Positions 47,451-61,650 of a stretch of DNA of 64,000 bases are shown here, piece by piece. The position numbers were made by a program, and so were the translations under genes. The notes under the pieces were generated by a model. It ran no database searches. It was given only the letters and a program-made list of their open reading frames with translations, and was not told the origin of the DNA. Source of the stretch: Octopus vulgaris (lineage: Eukaryota); the NCBI GenBank assembly GCA_951406725.2, contig OX597815.1, positions 68,138,001 to 68,202,000 on the forward strand, given 5' to 3'. Positions within the stretch are counted from its first letter, which is position 1, and the number at the start of each line of letters is the position of its first letter.

Positions 47451-50400
47451 AGAAAATTGTCCTCCTCATCATTATCTTTTGATGTCTATGTTGGTATGGA
47501 TTGGACAGTTTCATAGGATCCAGTATATCCAATGGCTACATTGTGCCCCAGTGTCTGCTTTGGAATGGTTTCTATAATAGGATGCCCTTCCTAATGTCAA
47601 CCTCTCTACATAGTGTACTGGGTGCTTTTCTTGTGACACCAGCACTTGTAAGGTGATCATGGAGCTTGGAAGACTATGATCACCTTCAACGGAATGGTGT
47701 CACAGTGAAGAGGAAAGCAGTTTTATGCTTGGAGACAAGATGTTAAAGTATACAGACGGGGTCCTGAACAGAATAAGTTTCTTGTTGTAGAGGAGCTACA
47801 TGGCTTCTCATATTATAGAAGGGATTGGGAGTAAATGATGTGGTGAAAGGGAGAGATAAAATAGAGGCAATGAGGTGTTAGGGTGAATCCTGAAGGTATG
47901 AGATGTGTAGGAGTGAGGATAGAACAACAGGTAGTGTCAGGGGGTAATAGCATTGGCAGTATGAGATACTATGTCTGTGTAGTTAGTGCTAGAGTACTCG
48001 TCACATGATCTAATTTCAAGCATTAATTAGTATGTTGTGCAGCTGTGGGATGCACTTTACATATTTCACAGTCTGCCTAAATAGCAGAGTTCACTCCAAC
48101 TTTGTAGTTGAAAAGTTAGAGATAGGAAAAATATCTTGTCTTTGAAAAACAACTACTTCCACAAAAACCATTTCTCTCATGCTAAAACATTAAAAGGAAA
48201 ATTGTGTAAGTTTATAAGAATCTTTCATTTCAAACTTTGGTTTTACAGTTACGAGTTCATTTAAACTTCAGTTTTAAGTATACAGCAGTAATGCTGTATA
48301 CTTAACACGGCCATGCAGTTTAAACTGTTTATGTATCATAAGGAATAAATAAATCTTTGAAAGTATTTCTAGTCTCATAGGTACTTACATAGTTACAAGG
48401 TACAGATGTTTCTTAAGATGAAAAGAAAGTTTAAGGAGTTTGTACATTAATAGTACATTTTGCAATGTAATTAAGTTGAAGAATTTTAGTACATTCACTT
48501 CAGAGAATGGTAGATCTGAATAAGTTCTACTAGAGGACTTGAATGAAATTTACCCATTATTCTTAGTGTCTTTTTTATTCTAGTTGTTTGGCTATTTTTA
48601 TTTTGGTCTCATACCTGCTAGACATAGAACATATGGGAACAAAAACAAGTATAGTAGTCAATAGTGAGTATATCACGATGCTTGTGATGTTTAATTTTGG
48701 AAACTGCAGTATGAGCTTTGTAGAAGTTTTTGCTATCTCATACTTATGTAATTATTCCAGGTGATTTTCATTCAGAAAGTTTGAGGTATTGGTACTGATA
48801 TATAATTACAAGGTGAACCTGATGTCAAAAGACAACTGGAGTTTAATCATCATTTGACATTTATTGACCAAAATTCCATCTGTGTGGTGTGAAATGCTGG
48901 GTTTTTTTTCTTCTTCTTTATTTGACACCAATTTAACATTTTCAGTCTGAACTACATGTTAGAATGAATTAAATCTTTTTACAGCTCTTAAGCTAGTAAT
49001 AAATCTAAACATATCTTTTCTCCCTTTTTTTTATTGCAATGCCTGCACTATAATTGGTATAATGATTATATGATTTAGTTTTAAACTATTACAGACAGTA
49101 ATTTTATAGAATGGATACACATCACTCACCTATGACTTTGCTTTCTGTGTGTGTGTGTGTGCACGCTGTGTGTATGTTTATTTAGTTTGAAGAGTTCAGT
49201 GGCATGCATCTCTTTTGCAGACCCTCCCTGAACTTAAATTTGTGTAGGTTGATGCTTGTAGAAAGAAAAGTTTCTTGTTAGTAATCACCATGCTGGCATG
49301 GGTTGGACATTTTGAGAAGATCTGACAAGCAGTTGGAAGATTGTTCCAGCTTTTTGTGCTCTAGTATTTGGATGCCTTTCCTAATGACAGCTGCTGTACT
49401 GGATGCTTTCTTCCTGACACCAACACTAATGAGGTCACCATATAGTTTGCAAGACCAAGACCTTCAACTGAGTGGGACTACAGTACAGGGATTAGTGCAG
49501 GGTTTGAGGAGGATGAATGGGTAGAGTCTATGAACCTGCTAGTTCACTGGATCAAATATAAAAGCAGACTGAGGAAACAGTAAATCTGTGCTAGTAGTTA
49601 TATTAGGTTCATCAGTAGATTTTTGCTAACAGCTAGTTGGCCTTCTGAGGGTGGGAAAATATTTGTGTGTCATTGCAGAATTGCACTGCTTATATGAGTA
49701 GTACTCTAAGCCCTTGTGTTGTGTGAAGGTTTAGCAACTGCTCAGTTCTGAATTAGTGTATTCTGAAGAGAAATCTAAGTTTTTGAGAAGCAGTTTTGGC
49801 AATGTTATTTAAGATCAAAGGCACTTAATGTATTTAACTGTATGTTTTTATGTATATATAGGTTATAAACTGTTTCTTTGGTATGTATGCTGTTTGTGTT
49901 TTCGTGTCATTGAAATAGATTAAGGTTGTCATGTCAGCAATGAATGCCTGGTGTAAGGTACTCAGGTTGTGAGTGGGGTATCTCCTGTGTGCAGAAAGTT
50001 ATGCACAAATCAAGGTATTATCTATATAGAAGTATGTGTTAGAAATTATAGTACAAAGGCCATTAACTCTGTAAGAAGAGTGTTGGAAACAACAGAGCAT
50101 AGCCCATTCCATTTTGTGCTACAATGAAATAGACTGATGGGAAATATTGCATAAGAGACAGAGCTTATTGGCTGGTAACTTTACTAGTAAGTCAAGGTTT
50201 GAGTGACAGACATAGTCAAGAAGTGTAGGATAACCGTTTTGGTTTAACCAAAACTGTCAAAGTCAAGAGACTACTGATGTGTGCTTTAAGACAGATCTTT
50301 TTATGGATTCTTGAATCAAAAAGGTGGAGAGAAAGAATCAAGGTTATGAAGGTTGTGATTATTTACAACTGCTTTCATTTTGTTTGAGAGAAATGTTCAA

Positions 50401-51049
50401 ATTATTTATAAGCTTGAGGTCAGCTTTGATCGAGCAAATCTATATTTAAAATCATTCCATTAGTGCCCGCTTGTGTTTTTTTTCACCCACCCCAGACTCA
50501 GGGCATGTAAGATTGCTTTATACAATGTACCATTAAAAAAAATTGGTAAGGTGTAATTTGAGGAAATTTGGCTGCTATCTATTTCTAGCAAGATGAGCAA
50601 CCTTATAGAAGATTGAAATGTCGGAAGTGGTAGATCAGAGAAAGATTTTTTTTTTTTTAGCAGTCTGGATTTGGATACTGTACTGTGTTCATAAATTAGG
50701 ATGGATCTCTGCAAAGGAGAAACATGTGTAGATTTTTGTGAGGATAAGAACTAGCTCAGGAGCAAGTAATGTAGTCATAATGAAGAGAACACCTCCAGGA
50801 TCGGTCAGCTTGTTAAGTTCTTGTATATAGTGATTCACAATTGTCATTTAATATCCACTTTTCCTTGTTTGCATAGATTAGATAGAATTTGTTGAAGCAC
50901 ATTTTCTTTGTCATATGCCCTTGTTGCCAGCCATCATCTATTTCCAAGTATAGACACATTTTTCATGGAATACTGGAAACAAACAATACTTGTTTGACAG
51001 TCATGCTCATTTACAACCATCAAATTATATCAAAACAAGTTTACACATG

Positions 51050-51094
<45 letters not shown>

Positions 51095-53551
51095 AGCCTG
51101 GTGCAGCCTTCTGGCTTTCCAGCCCTCTGTTAAACTGTCCAGCCCATTCCAGCATGGAGGAATGCAGACGTTAAACTATGATGATGATATATATATAAAC
51201 AATTTAATGTTAAACTGAAGAATTGTCCAACACTTTTTAGTTGTGTATTTAATTTTTACAAGAGGGGTGATAATGACATTGGAGCTTCAACCTGTTAGCC
51301 TACTTAGAGCACAAACACACATACACACATCTTGACATTGCATGGTAGTTGTGTCACTATCATCTAAGCAGTGTCATTCCTTTCCAATATTCTGCACAAA
51401 CATATCTTTCCATGGGGAAACATTACTTTGCTTGGAAACAGGTATGGGTTGCCAACATGAAGGATATCTAGCTGTAAGAAATCTGCCTCAATAAAACTAC
51501 ATCCAACATAGAAAAATTGATTTAAACAAAGATGTGAGGTTGGACCATTTTGGTTTGAATGAATTTTAAAACTGCATTGCCTAAGAAAAAAAAAGAAAAA
51601 AAAACGGGCAATTCCTATAGGTTTTTCAGTGCACCCATCCACTGAACAATCCTTTGTTATTTGGAATGAGATTGTCACAGCAGATTTCTTTCAGCCCATA
51701 TTTAGAGATTTTTCTGTTAATTCACTAAAATTCAAAAAGAAAAATAAAGGCACTTATTTCACTGAACCTTGAATGTTTCCCATGAATTTAAAGTTTTCGA
51801 GAAACTAATTTGCAGTGTTTACCTTGAAGCAGAAACTCTTATTGCATTGATAACTTGGGATATAAGCATCATTTTCAACTTTCATTTTTTCATGGTTGCA
51901 AGGATCTGATGGAATCCATTTAGGCAAATTTTCTATGGCTGGATCCTCTTCTTGTTGCCCACCTTCACCTGTTTCCAAACTAAGTAATATTTTCCTATAG
52001 CCAGACATGTTTCTCACAGAAGATTGTAAATGAGCAACACTTATTTACAACCCTCACCTGATGTCAAGACAAGGATGGACACACACATATGACTGGCATC
52101 TTTCAGTTTCCATGTACCAAATCTACTCACAAAGCTTTGGTTGGCCTGAAACTATTGTAGAAAACACTTGCCAAAGATGCCATGCACTGGGACTTGACCT
52201 GAAATCACATGGCCACATCTGTGCCATATTTTGCACCATTAAACATCAAACAAAATTTAATAAAAACTAGTGTATAGAAAAGATTTAGTGGTTAGCATAT
52301 TGAAAGAAACTGAGACAGTGGGTCTCATTCCAAAGAAGGGCAACATTTCTGTCAACAACTGATCTATCACTTTCACTTCAATCTGGAGAGGGAAGGAAAC
52401 AACTGTCTTCTCAAAACACTCTGAGTTTCTCCCCCGTTTTTTATTCTTTTCTACTCTAGGCACAAGGCCTGACATTTTTGGGGAGGGGACCAGATGATTA
52501 GATCAACCCCAGTACACACCTGATACTTAAAAACAGACGAAATACCGCGAAGCATTTTGCCCGGCGTGCTAATGTTTCTGCCAGCTCACCACTTCCTATT
52601 AAAAATAGTATGACTTCCATAAAATCAAATCTACTGAGGACTTATTCTCTTATGTTAATCCCTAGTGGTCTCTCTTGAAAAGTCTGATGAAAGCAAGTTC
52701 ATTACACTTCATATAAAGGATTTGATAGCTTGACATGAAAAATCTGTTGACCAGACTGTTGTGTCAGTTGGAAGCAATTATTGAAGTCAGTAAAATTGTA
52801 CCGACTCTATTAAGTGTACATTTTTATATAATACAATAAATTTTTAATTCCACATAGAATTAATGTGGCTGTTTTTTGCACTGAAAATAATCCAATCAGA
52901 GTTGAGGTCTTCTATGAAGGAAGATCTATTAGTGACCATGTTAAGAACAAAATGTTGGAAAATTTAGGATTTGTATTATCTGTTATTCTGTACAGATATA
53001 GGGTTTCTTTAATAAGATTGTTGATATTTTACAATATAATTATTTCATTTAATGTTTATAATCTTTCATGTAACACTGATTTAAATGCTATATCCAATCA
53101 ATGTTGTAATCTTGAAAATGAAGGGTTATATATCTATATATCTAACTGAATATATTTCATTTGTTAAGTTGCTTTTATGCTCAATCTTTTTGTTTATAAT
53201 TTTTATATACTTGAGGTTTTTGAAGTGGTAAACAAAGATATTTTTGATTTTTCTTTGATAGTGTTTGTTGTCTGTAATAACATTCCAGGAAAAAGATAAG
53301 GTGCATTGTATTTTCCCAATATCTTTAGAAAATGTAGACATGAAACCTAAAATGTTTAAGGGAGAGGTAAATGGTAGTTGTGATGTTCATACTGTTTCTA
53401 AGAGCATCAATGTATAATGAAAATAACTTCAACTGAATGAAAGAATAGCTCAACTTCTCAGTACATTACCATCATTCTGTGGCACATATGCATACACACA
53501 CACATACATATATATAAATATACACACACTCATATATACATTTATATAAAT

Positions 53552-54830
53552 ATAGCAGAGATACCTGGCGTTGCTTAGGATTAAGATGGTATAGTCTGTA
53601 TATATATATATATATATAGTACGGTAAAGTTGAAATGTGATACGGGGAAGTGCAGCATTGACAACAAAACATTTGTGGAGTAAATGATGGGCTAATTCAG
53701 CTAAGTGATATGTCATGGAAAAGTGGGTGGGGGTAATTTTTGAACGCACCAAAAAGCTCTGTGGGTATACTCTCCTTAGCTGCTGTTGGACATTGACTTA
53801 GAACATAAAGTAATGTAAAAAAATCTGGCGCTCTGTCTGTTACAATAAAGGGTTCCAGTTGATCTGGAACCTGCTCGTGAAATTAACATACAAGTGGTTG
53901 AGTGCTCAACAGACACACATACCCTTCATGTTCTCAGATTCAGCATGATACAGAATGTGATGAAGCCGGCCATTTCCAATTACAGATACTGCTCATTTTT
54001 CCCAGCTGAGTGAACTGGAGCAATGTGAAATAAAGTGTCTTGCTCAAGGGCACAATATGCTTCATGGAATACAACACACGACCTTAGGATTGTGAGCCGA
54101 ATACTTTAACCACTAAGCTATGTGCCTTCACCAAAGTAATGTAAACAAATGCTGCAAAGTATTTCATTCACTGCTCTATCTTTGGCTCTATGCTGTGTTC
54201 TGAGAACTGGGTGATCGGCATAAAATATGTCTAAGCACAACTTTTGAAAGTATTATTATTTCAAGAACTATAATGGTGGAAAGTAGAACCCCATTTGGTA
54301 TATATATAGTCATTAAATTCCTGACTATATTGGCTTCCATTAGTTTCCCACCAAACTAATTTTATAAAAGAACCTTTTGTGTTTCAAACACAAAATTAGT
54401 ATTGGTTTCAAATTTTGGCACAAAGCCAGCAATTTCGGGAGAGAGCATAAGTCAATCACATCAACCCTAGTGCTCAATTAGTACTTAATTTATTGATTCC
54501 AACAGGACAAAAGGATGTAAATTCATGTGTTGAAACAAATTTTGGCGTAATGACTCTCTCATGGCACAACAGAATAAATAAATGTATGGAGGACAATAAA
54601 TTTCTAAGTTACTTCACAAAAGTTACCTCCCTTCCCTACAGTAGTCGTATGTTCCCAACGAAAGGGGGTTTTCTGCCCTCAGAGGTCTCATTACTCATTA
54701 TGTGAAAAATTTTAAGAGTCTAAAACCATCTCTGGAACATAAGTAATGTATGTTCCCAGTTTCAAGAAAATCAGTTTCGAACTTCAGAAGTTATGTTGGT
54801 TTACACACACACACACACTGAGTTTTATAT
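53552..54830 (-). mobile_element. Older non-autonomous Helitron with nested SINEs
   Basis: Plus-strand start ATAGCAGAGATACCTGGCGTTGCTTAGG resembles the 939 terminus; the other end ..ACACACACTGAGTTTTATATATA resembles 1440-1462. Confidence 0.5.
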
Positions 54831-54833
54831 ATA

Positions 54834-56264
54834 CTAGCAGGCATACTCGGCATTGCCTGGGGCTGTTTGTTAAGTATCTCTGTTTAGTTAGTAGACTATT
54901 CACGGATACAGCTCTGAACTTAATGAAAGAAATCATAGTGGCAGATGTTCCCTGTGTTTGATTTATTTAGTGCAATAGTGAACATGCAGAGTCATATTCC
55001 CACACCATTGTCATTGTTTTCCATTGGGACAGTAGGTCAATCTGTAAAAAACTGGCAGTAATTGAGTTTATTTTTGTTACCACATAACTGCTGACATGTG
55101 CTGTTTAGCAGATGGAAAGGTTGAACCTTAAGATATGACATAAAGAGAAATAGTATGTTTACCTGCTGTTTTGCTGGGTTGCATATACTACCTTATCTGA
55201 ACAAAAAGTTTGATGTGTGGCCTGTGCAAAAAAGACGGAAAGTGTAGTGTCTGTTGCCTACCTCACAATTGGGGGCACTTAACAGAGAGCATACTGTGAA
55301 AATTATGCTATTGAAATGAATAAGGTGGCAAGGGTATGGTTACCTGATGTTTTCCTGTTTGCTGCATAGAGCAACATCCGTTGTTGTTTTCCCTTCTAGT
55401 CTCCATAGTGCATGCAGCAGTAGTTGCTGCAGCATCTCTTGTAAGTCAACCTGTGCATTGTGCTGCAGTCTCTGAAGCTCATGCAGCAGTAGTAGAGGAA
55501 GCATTTCTTGTTCAGAGTGCTGAACATTGCTTGTTGCACAGCACTACGTGCTAACTGATCACAACACTGCTCTTCACTTTCTTCGCACTGAAGCCATCCT
55601 AAGTGCATTGAGAGAGTTCCTCTTGGCGGCATCCTTAGCAGATTCATTTGCATGCATATGTTTACTTTTCTTTTTCAGCATTTGTTTGCCAACCTATATT
55701 GGATCTTTTGCTTCGAGGCATGGTGGAAAATTATCAGTTGAGACAATAGAAAAAGTCCTAGGGAAAAAGTGGTGAATGTGTAGCACCCAAAAAATAGTAA
55801 ACTGTAGTTGGCAAAAATGTTAATCAAACAGACTGAATTAAGGATTTTTGATTTTGGGTAAGAGTTTTGAAGTGGTTAGTTTAAGTTGGAATAATTATAT
55901 TCACGTGAGAGCTCTATAAAAAAAAAGAGCTCTCACGGGAAAACAGGCAAATCGTAACTCGCTAATGAATACTGCTGGCAGTACTGTGCAAGCAGTCAAT
56001 AAGAGCTCGCCACAGCTAACAAAGTAAAGTATTAATTTTTATCAGCTGGGTGTGTGTCACGTTTTTTTCACTAGCTGAAGCCAAATCCTAGGCAAATTGA
56101 GAGTAGTCTATTTATGTTGGGGGTGCAGAATTTCAAGGAAAAAATTATGAAGAAAAGCGTCCTAAGTCAAAGAGAGCACCCATGTCAAATTTGGTTGAAA
56201 ATTGTAGGAGTAGAAGTGGTTCACACAACACACACTCAGACAAACAACTTGCCTTTTAGTATAT
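54834..56264 (-). mobile_element. Helitron internal-deletion derivative
   Basis: Minus 3' end CCCCAGGCAATGCCGAG-TATGCCTG-CTAG; decayed RepHel-like N-terminus MPRSKRSNIG..ANES from ATG at 55721; other end CACACTCAGACAAACAACTTGCCTTTTAGTATATA. Confidence 0.6.
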
Positions 56265-56730
56265 AAAATAGATATTTATGAATTATATGATCATCATTTT
56301 AATATCCCTGTCCCCTTATCTAAGCTTGCCTGGGTCAGATAAGATTTGTTTTGGCAGATTTCCTAATGCGACATGCACTTCCCATTGTCAACCCTTGTTT
56401 TTAAGCTAAGTAATATTTTCCCAAGTCTATTAGACACAAGCAGCACAATGACCAGATATGTCTTTATGGTTGATTGCAGGTGAATGACATCGCATATATG
56501 ATGGTAATATTTCTTTACAATTAGCACATGGTGTCCACACATATGACAGGGTTTTTCATATTTTCTGCCTGCCAAATCTACTCGGATGGTTATTGTAGAA
56601 GACTTGCCCAAGATGCCATGCAGTGGGATTGAACCTATAGATAGATAGATATGTGTGTGAGTGTGTATATGTAGATCGGCAGCTACAACACTACTTGTCT
56701 TTGTCTTTTGTTTTTTTGTGAATTCTCCCC

Positions 56731-57313
56731 TATATATATATATGTATATATGTATGTATGTATATATATGTATATATGTATGTATGTATGTATGTATATA
56801 TATGTATGTAGGTATGTATATGTGTGTGTATATATATATATGTATGTATGTATATGTGTGTGTATATATATATATGTATGTATGTATATATGTATGTATG
56901 TATATATATATATGTATGTATGTATGTATATATGTATGTGTTGGCATATAAAAAGCACCCACTACACTCGGAGTGGTTGGCGTTAGGAATGGCATCCAGC
57001 TGTAGAAACTCTGCCAGATCAAGATTGGAGCCTGGTGCAGCCATCTGGTTTGCCAGCCCTCAGTCAAAATCGTCCAACCCATGCTAGCATAGAAAGCAGA
57101 CGTTAAACGATGATGATTATATATATATATATGTGTTTGTATATATGTATGTATATATATGTGTTTGTATATATATATGTATGTATATATGTATGTATAT
57201 ATATATATGTATATATAAATATATATATGTATATGTGTGTGTGTGGTGTGTGTATGTATATATATATATGTATATATAAATATATATATGTATATGTGTG
57301 TGTGTGGTGTGTG

Positions 57314-57353
<40 letters not shown>

Positions 57354-57360
57354 CACATAT
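56731..57360. repeat. TA/TATG microsatellite field containing an RTE 3'-end fragment (56940-57115, +)
   Basis: Direct inspection; the fragment matches the RTE terminus and has a (GAT)n tail. Confidence 0.85.
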
Positions 57361-57411
57361 AGCTTGTTCAATTCCTACCAGCATAGAAAAGGAGCTGTAA
57401 AATGATATTTT

Positions 57412-57461
<50 letters not shown>

Positions 57462-58314
57462 TGGGCAAAAGAAAGAATTCATTTTGAAGATTTATTAAAA
57501 CTGAATTAACAAGACAATTGAGATGAATTTTCACAGCCATAGCAATTTTAGCATTGCTTTAGACAACTTAGGTATAAATGATGACTAATGAGGCAGTTCA
57601 CTCTCTTTAACAGTAGAGTTGGCATCAAGCAGGCATTCACTTGCGAAAAAAACACTGCATCCATCCTGCCTTTACAACTTGAATGGGTGTTAACTGTATA
57701 AATGGAGAAAACTGCTCTAAAATTACTTGCTAAAAAAAAAAATGTGAAAATGTTGTTTTTCTTAACATTACCATGCTGCCAGTTTCCTAATGATTCATTG
57801 GAGATTTAATCATACACAAACATTGCAAATTTTGTGATTTTGATGTGAGTGGTCGATAGACAGCAAAATTTTTCAACTGAGTAGAATGAAGAGGATGGCA
57901 GTATTTTTTTTTTCTGTCAATGACTAGCTAATGTGATTATCAAGCATGTCAGTAAACTGTCTGAGTTTGTCATTTTCTGTTTTTAGCCATTAATGTATTT
58001 TGTATTGTTCTCTTAATATAAAAGGAGTGTCAGAATTTTATGTATATTTTTTGTTATTATATACTTTGTCAACTGTCTAGATTTTGGTTGATGGTACTTC
58101 CTTATTATCAAGGCAGCAAGGTGGCAGAATAGTTAGCATGCCGGGCAAAATGCTTAGTGGGATTTCATCTGTCTTTGTGTTCTGAGTTCAAATTCTGGCA
58201 TGGTTGACTTTGCCTTTCGTCCTTTTGGGTTCAATAAAATAAGTACCAGTTGATCACAGGGGTCAATGTAATTGACTTACCCACTTTCCTGAAATTGCTG
58301 GTCTTTTGCTAAAA

Positions 58315-59198
58315 GTGGACAAACTTTCAAAGGCCTGTCAAGAATTCAGCCTGACTATCAGTCTGAAGAAGACTCAAGTAATGGGTTAAAATGTGAAGCA
58401 TGCTCCCACCATTACCGTCAACAACTACGAGCTAGTGGTAGTTCATCAATTCACCTGTCTCAGCTCTACCATTGCTAATGACCTCTCCCTGGACCCTGAG
58501 ATCAACAGGCAAATTGGACAAGCATCCTCCACATTTGTCAGGCTCACAAAGAGAGTCTGGGAAAATTAAAAACTGGCTGCCAAACACCAAAATTGATGTC
58601 TGTAAATTGCTTTATGCTACTTTATGGCAGTGAGACATGGAGCATCTACTCTAGACAGGAGTGGTCTCTCAACACCTTTCACCTTTGTAATTTGAAATGC
58701 ATATTGGTCATCAAGTGAACCAACCACATCAACACCAACCCAGCATACACATCTTGCTCTAGTAGCGTCGTTTGTGCTGGCTCAGTCATGTTCATCGCAT
58801 GCCAGATGGAAGGATCCTGAAAGACCTGTATGGGGAATTGGCCACCAGCACAGGTGCATGAGGATAACCTCATCTTCATTTCAAAGACGTCTGTAAGAAG
58901 GATATGAAGTTATTTGATCTGGATGTCTTGAGATGGGAGGAGGTTGCAAATGACCACCCACACTGGAGGCAAATACTGCAAAAGGGAATGCAGAGAGCAG
59001 AAGAAAAACAGGAACTTGTCACTAAAGAAAATGCACTTGGTGGAAGGAAAAATCAGTAGCGCTGGCAGGGATTTCTTTCAAATGCAGTCACTGTATGCGT
59101 GACTGCCACACCAGACACTGCATCACCATCAGTAGCTGACATGATTTCTTTGGGCACAGATCCATGGCCTCTCAAGACCAACTGATGTCTACTACTAC
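58315..59198 (+). mobile_element. 5'-truncated RTE/BovB-like LINE nested in a SINE (58110-58314)
   Basis: ACQEFSLTISLKKTQVM, EINRQIGQASSTFVRL..RVW, LLYGSETW, LYGEL, FKDVCKKDM, FKCSHC.RDC; (CTA)n tail; TSD-like TTGCTAAAA/TTGCCAAAA. Confidence 0.8.
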
Positions 59199-59789
59199 TT
59201 GCCAAAATTTGAAATTATCATTGAGTGAGAAAGCAGTGTATGCCATCAAAGTGATACTGGAGTAAAATATACAAAGCCAGTATACCCATTATGACTACCC
59301 GTCTGATAAGGGGACACTAGGCACATGCATCACAACCATATGTGCATGACATGGTGATCTCATATCAAGATAAACAGCGCATGACCTTGCAGGTGAGATC
59401 CAGTTAGAATTTTCTTCAGGTCAAGTAGCCCATCCCACTCAAAAGGACCTTGAATAAGGGTTGTTTAAAGATGTTGAACAAAACACCCATGTTTCCAAAG
59501 ATGAATTATTAAACCTCAAAGAATTCCTCTTAACACTTGGCTATGATGCTCCCTCACTACTTCTACTTGTGATCAGAGATGCACATATCATCAGCCACTA
59601 AGGGACATGCTCAACTGGTTATGGTCCAACAATTGGCAAGCAAATCTGTAGTATTGAGCAGAATATTTGCTGTAGCCCATCTTTTATACCAAGACAAAAC
59701 ATGTACAAGATAACACTTTCCAATCAGTTATGATCAGAAGCCATGAGAGTCAGTGACTGGTACTGCATCAGGGCATTATTATTTATTGT

Positions 59790-60130
59790 TGTGAGTTGGC
59801 AGAATTGTTAGCATACTGGGCAAAATGCTTACGTTGAGTTCAAATTCTGCCGAGATCAATTTTACCTTTCATCCTTTCAGGGTTGATGAAATAAGTACAA
59901 GTTATGTACTGGGATTGACGTAATCAATTAGCCTTCTTCCCCAAGATTTCAGGCTTTGTGCCTGTAGTAAAAAGGATTATTATTATTATTTCTGTCTTTA
60001 CATTCTGAGTTCAGATTTCACTGAGATCAACTTTGCCTTTCATGTTTTCTGGGTCAATAAGTAGCAGATGAGCACAGGGGTTGATGTAATCCCACAAACT
60101 TGCTGGCCTTGTGTCAAAATTTGAAACTAT
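59790..60130 (+). mobile_element. Two SINE copies (GGCAGAA family)
   Basis: Core TTTCATCCTTTC.GGGT.GAT.AAATAAGTAC with (ATT)n tails. Confidence 0.65.
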
Positions 60131-61265
60131 TATTATTATCATCATTTTCTGACTTGAAGTGTTAGGAACATGTATAGCGTTACCTAGCTTGTAAGTCAGT
60201 AGCAAAATAAATATTTTAACTTTCTGTAGGGTGTGTCAGAAAAACCTCCTATAATTTACATGACCATTGGTGTGTTGCTAGTGAAGTTTGGCAGGTAGTA
60301 ACAGGGTTTTCATATAGCTACTGTTTTACCATTTATCTCAATTATCAACATGGTTTGGATTGGTGCACACTCTACATTTACTGTTGAAATGTTTGTCTAC
60401 CTGTAAAGTGTGTGGGAGATTTTTTTGCTGCACCCTGGGGTATTTAAACATGCTTGAAGTATAGCATACAAGGCTAAAAAAAAAATACTTGCTAGGAAAA
60501 TATTATTATCAATGTTAGAAAATGTTAATGTCAGAAAATACAATTTTAGATAAAACCATGTTGTATTGCCAATGACATTAACAGGTGCAAAACACAAAGA
60601 AACTTCTGTAGGGAAAATTTGAATAATGCATCCACATACTGTTTGACACCACTCCTACCAATATTATATTTATTCATATGAAGTTGAAAAATTGTATGTT
60701 AGACATTTTAGTGAATAAAACGCTAAAATATATATAAACTTGTGCAGTCTAATTTTAAGTGATACTTTAGATAACAAAAGATATATTCTTTAATGTAAAA
60801 ATATACTATATTTTCCAGCATGTATGACATCAGTTTACTACATATTTAAACAAGTATTTAAAAACTCTATGTATTATGTCAGGTCAGTAATGTAAATGTA
60901 TTTTTAGAAAAGGTACATAGGTAGGTGCAGGTAGTGTGGTTAATAAGTTCTTAACTTTGTGGTCTTGGGTTCAATTCCACAGTACAGCACCTCAGGTAAG
61001 TGTTTTCTATTGCCCCAGACTGCCCAGTGCCTTGTGAGTGAATTGGTTGATGGAAACTGCACAAAATCTATTATGTATATGTATGTTGTGCAGGTATTTC
61101 TGTATGAATATTTATATTCTGTACATTACTTGAAAAAGTACTGAATCTCTTTAACAAGTCATATGCTTGTTCTGTACTTTCAAAGGTGAGTAAAAGGAAA
61201 AATTCCTTACTTGAAAGAACAGGTAAGGGTTAGCAACAGAAAGGACACTGGCTATAAAACAATCC

Positions 61266-61650
61266 TTCATCATCATCATCATCATCATTTAACGTCTGCT
61301 TTCCATGCTTGCCTGGCATGGGTTGAATGGTTTGACTGAGGACTGGTGAGCCAGAGGCTGCACCAGGCTTAGTCTGATCTGGCAAAGATTCTACAGCGGG
61401 CTGCCCTTTCTAACGCTAACCACTCCAAGAGTGTAGTGGGTGCTTTTTACGTGCAAGCAAAGTTCATTATCCAGTGAATAAGGGGTACTCATAAGTGGGC
61501 CAGTTACACCCCACGTTTGGATGTGCTTTTAACGTTCCACTTGTACAAGTGCCAATCAGGCGGTACTATCATCGGCCACGTCAGAAATTTTGATTTTCCT
61601 TTCACTTGGCTCAATAGGTCTTCACAAGCAAAGTTTATTGTCCAGTAATA
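61266..61650 (-). mobile_element. RTE LINE 3' UTR fragment
   Basis: (CAT)n-TTTAACGTCTGCTTTCCATGC...AACCACTCCAAGAGTGTAGTGGGTGCTTTTTACGTG. Confidence 0.7.

Noticed and set aside
52865-53149. 94 aa ORF after a possible splice acceptor
   Set aside because: No recognisable domain and no convincing donor; cannot be supported as an exon.
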